From the NCBI RefSeq assembly GCF_009914755.1, contig NC_060932.1: DNA of 64,000 nt. One strand, written 5' to 3'. The position numbers were made by a program, and so were the translations under genes. The notes beneath the pieces were generated by a model. That model was not told the origin of the DNA. It ran no database searches and was given only the letters and a program-made list of their open reading frames with translations. Below are positions 60,101 to 64,000 of this stretch, piece by piece. Numbering within the stretch: position 1 is the stretch's first letter; each line of letters starts with the position of its first letter. The DNA is from the human T2T-CHM13v2.0 reference genome, Homo sapiens.

Positions 60101-60683
60101 TCAATGTTAAAAAAAATAGCTAGGTATGCAATCAAAATTGACAGATTTTTTTAAATAGGCAACTTAAAAACATTTTATTGGCCGTGTTGAGCAATATAAT
60201 TCTCAAATATTTTATCTTAAAAATTAACACACTTAATAGTCATAGTATCTATGAAAGTAACATTGTAAGCATGTTTTTATAGTTGCCAAAATATTAGGAG
60301 AAAAAAATTATTTATTTTCCTTATAAAATTTAAATTGTTTCTCTTACTATATGCAGAATATTATGCTGATCACTTTCCACTCTCCTATCATCCTGTCACT
60401 TATGATACTGTTGTAAACCAACCACTAAGTGGCCTTTCCACTTAGAATGTCTTCAGGTATCTTAGATTTCAGTTTTCTAAATCTTCTATAGGAAAGTATG
60501 TAAATCTGTCCATCTAATGTAGAAGAACCTCTCATAACTCTGGTGCAACAAGCATTGACCATGTTCTTTCCCATAAATTCTAGAAATGAAGACATAGCAT
60601 CAAATGCAAGAGGTAAATTATGCCAATATTTGAGTTTGAAAATATATTAAACTCTTTCAATATAAAAAAGTAGATTCCTTTTA

Positions 60684-63600
60684 GAGGAAAGTGATCAAGA
60701 TTGCTGACTGGAAGCAGCTAGACTCCCTAGTTCTCATAAAGAGGAATGCAAAGTATGCATAAATACAGCACCTTCAAATGAAACATCCAGCTACTTGCAT
60801 TGGGACTAATTTAAAAAACAACTTAAGTTATGGAGAATGAAGTAAAACAAGGCAGGACAACAGGCCACCTGGGAACAACATGGAGCCAAGGGAACCTCCC
60901 CACCCAGTAAAGCAGTGAGTGCATGTGGGCCCTGGGAACCCATGATTCTCCCACAGATCTTTGCAACTCTCAGGTGAGGAGATACCCTCATGAACCCACT
61001 TCACCAAGGCCTTCAGTTGAACACACAGAGCTACATGGAGTCTCAGCAGAGCAGCCACTCGGGCCTGTGCAGAGACTCAAGAGCCTTAGATACTCTGGCT
61101 TTCCAGGCTTCTCCAAAAAAGTAGCTACAAGTCCAGCAAAGCAGGAGGTTACACACCTGTACATAGGAAAGAGGAATTTCCTATTCCTCTTTCTTCAGGC
61201 TTTGAAGAGTCCAAGTTGACTGGGGGCAGAAAGGATCTCCTAGCACAGTACACATGCTCTAAAAAGACATGGTCAGACTGCCTGTTAAAGCAGGTTCCCA
61301 ATCTCATTCCTGCTCACTCAAAAATACTTCTTAACCAGGGTGTCCCGTTACCACCTTTCCATCTTTGGTCAATGGAATTTTGAAACCTCTTTGGGATATA
61401 GTTTCTAGAGCAAGAGGGAGCTGCCATTTTTGCTGTTTTCGTGACTTAGCTGTTCCAGCCTTCTGGCTTTGGAGAATCCAAATAAATTGGGGATGCAAGT
61501 GGTACTTCTGCACAGCACACCTGTCCTACAAAAATGTGGCTAGGCTGCTTTCTTAAGTGGATCCCTAATCATGTTCTCTTCACTGGGTAAGACCTTTCAA
61601 CAGGGGTTTCCAGCTACTTCCTACAGGAGCTTTTGACCTGGAAACAAGCCTATACCTCCCTAGGATGGAGTTACCAGGGAAAAGGGCATGCTGCCATTGC
61701 TGCTGTTTTGCAGCATTTGCTGGTGATCACTTTAGGTACTGGAAAATCTGAGGTGACTAGAGACTGCAGTTGACACCTAGCAAACTATAGCAGCCCTTCA
61801 GAAAAGTGGCCAGACTGTTACATGAGTGCCTGCTCGCATATATTCTCACTGGGCAGGTTCTCCAGGCCTGGGCCAGAGGTATTGAGCCAGTAGAAACTTA
61901 GCAACTCCCTGGACAGAGCTTCCAGGGGAAACTGAAAATATTTCTGCCACTGCCTCTGCAGTAGAACTGTCCTTGCTATGCTCAGACTAATGATAAATCC
62001 AAAACCCTAAGTGCCTTATTCACACCTCAAACAAGGTGCAGTTTACCCAAGGAGATGAGGCCAGTCCATCCTCCATGGGTCCCACAAACTACCCATTGCT
62101 CCTCACCAGACAGTGAATGCCTAAATTGGCCAAAAGCACAGATCTTCCTTCCTGAGCTGACTGCACTGAGGGATTGCTGACCTACATCTCCCTGAGATGC
62201 AACCCCCAGAAGACAAGCAAAAAGGTGGGGCAGCAAGCCAGCTCATGTGGTGCCCAGAGGGTTTGGCACAAGAGAATCTGTAGTTAAGTGTGGCCTGTGA
62301 TGGCCATTTCTCTAGGCTCAACTTTCTCCCATAAGAGACTTCAGCACTAGGGGAACTGTTGGACCTAATTTCTGCAGGATGGTCTTGCAAATCAGAAGAA
62401 CCTGGTCCAACTGAGCACTCCTTTGTCTGTTGGCCTCTCCCAGGGACCCAGTCTGGCTACAGATGCTGACAGGGCAGTCTCAGGTACCCTGGGAGCCCAT
62501 ACCATAGCATCTGCACTGGTGGGCCGCACCTGATCCCTGAAGTGCTCCAGCAAGGCAGTCCCTATGACTGCACCAGCCCATATGTTTCCTCCCCATACTG
62601 AAGGGGAAGCCCTGGCATCATGGCAACTCCCCACATTACTTTGCTGGCACATGTCTGCAAAGGAGGGTTTGGATTTGCTTGCCCCACCAGCAAATGGGAA
62701 TGCAGTATGCCCCTGCCACCCTCAGTGACTGCCAATGGAGATGAAGCTTTGGTGGGCAGAGAGCCAGAAAGCCCCACCCCTACCTTTTTCCTAACACTTT
62801 ATGGAGAATGGGGTATCCTTCCAGACACCTTCTTGGGAGGGCATAAAAAGCATCAAAATCTTCACTAGCCAGCATCCTGCCCCAAGCCAACACCACCTTT
62901 AGTGCAACAATGCACAGTCTCCAGCATGTATCCCCACTCCCCTCCCAGCTGCTTTGCTCCTGCCACTGAGGTGAATGCCCAAAGACAGGCAGAAACCCCA
63001 TATCCACTAGCACTCTGCTGCAGTGGTGGCACTTTAGTCTTACACAGTGGCAGACTCCAAATATCAAGGAGCCATGGAAGACAGTTGGGGCTCAATACAA
63101 GTCCCCCAGAGTATGCAGCCTCTGAGTAGTGAGCTGAGCATTGCTTCCCCACCACCACACACAAAAAAATCTCCCAGGAACAAAGCAAGTTGGCTGAATC
63201 CACCTTATACCACAATCAAATATTCAAGAGCATCGAATAGGATGAAAAAAAACCAAAACCCCATTCAAAGGTCAGCAACCTCAAAGATATGCCCACAAAG
63301 ATGAGATTAAATCAGTGCAAAAATGTTTAAAACCCAAAAAGCCAGAGTAACTTCTTTAACCCAAATGACCAAATTATGTTTCCAGCAAGACCTAATATGT
63401 CAGAAGTAGAATTCAGAATATGGATAGAAATAAACTTCATTGAGCTACAAAAGTAAGTTGCAACCCAATTCAAGGAAGGGAAAAAATTGCAGGAACTGTC
63501 AGAAAAAAACAGCCAGTCTGGAGAAAAATGTGGCCAACCTGATAGATCTGAAAAACACAATACAAAAACTTTTTAATGTAATCACAAGTATTAACAGCAG

Positions 63601-64000
63601 AATAGGCCAAGCAGAGGAAAGAATCTCACAGCTTCAAGCCTGGATTTCTGAAATAAGACAGACAAGAATAGTGAAAAAAGAATAGACAGGAATGAACAAA
63701 ACCTCTATTAAATAAGGGATTATGTAAAGAAACCAAATCTGTGATTAAAGAGAGTGCCTGAAAGTGATGAGGAGAATGAAAACAACTTGAAATACATATT
63801 TCAGGATATCATCCATGAGAACTTTCCCAACCTAGATACAGAGGCCAACATTCAAGTGCAGGAAATGTGGAGAACCCCAGTAAGATACCCCATGAAAAGT
63901 TCATCCCCAAGATATATAATCATGAGATTCTCCAAGGTCAAAATGGAAGAAAAAAATGTGTTAAAGGCAGCTAGAGAGAAAGGGGAGGTCACCTCTAAAA
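60684..64000 (+). mobile_element. Old L1 5' end (L1PA13-16/L1PREC2-like): ~2.6-kb 5' UTR and disrupted ORF1 from 63301, runs off the right edge
   Basis: caagattgctgactggaagcagcta...taaatacagcaccttcaaatgaaacatccag; ORF1 peptide ITSINSRIGQAEERISQL; caggatatcatccatgagaactttcccaacctag. Confidence 0.85.

Noticed and set aside
61240-61860. ~280-bp imperfect tandem repeat
   Set aside because: It is the internal repeat structure of the old L1 5' UTR

Overview
Primate (probably hominid, probably Y-chromosomal) repeat-rich DNA with no intact protein-coding gene. From left to right: a MER4-group ERV1 internal region and LTR (1-4843); an old 5'-inverted L1 carrying an Alu and an atypical internal L1PA fragment (5000-7707); a complex beta-satellite (BSR-like) array built of 3-6 kb modules with a ~20 kb higher-order duplication (7708-58292); unexplained unique DNA; and the 5' end of an old L1 (60684-64000). 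The array contains an ancient ~7 kb NUMT (ND6-CYTB-control region-12S-16S-ND1-ND2). The NUMT is itself split by a U6 snRNA/L1PA chimeric retrocopy. The array also holds an AluS and a solo LTR22. The most striking signal is that satellite modules on the + strand encode, in order and with matching splice phases, four segments homologous to the de novo Y gene BPY2/VCY2. There are two complete but disabled copies (16310-34215 and 48571-54160) plus many partial ones. BPY2 identification and repeat subfamily names rest on recalled sequences, not database searches.
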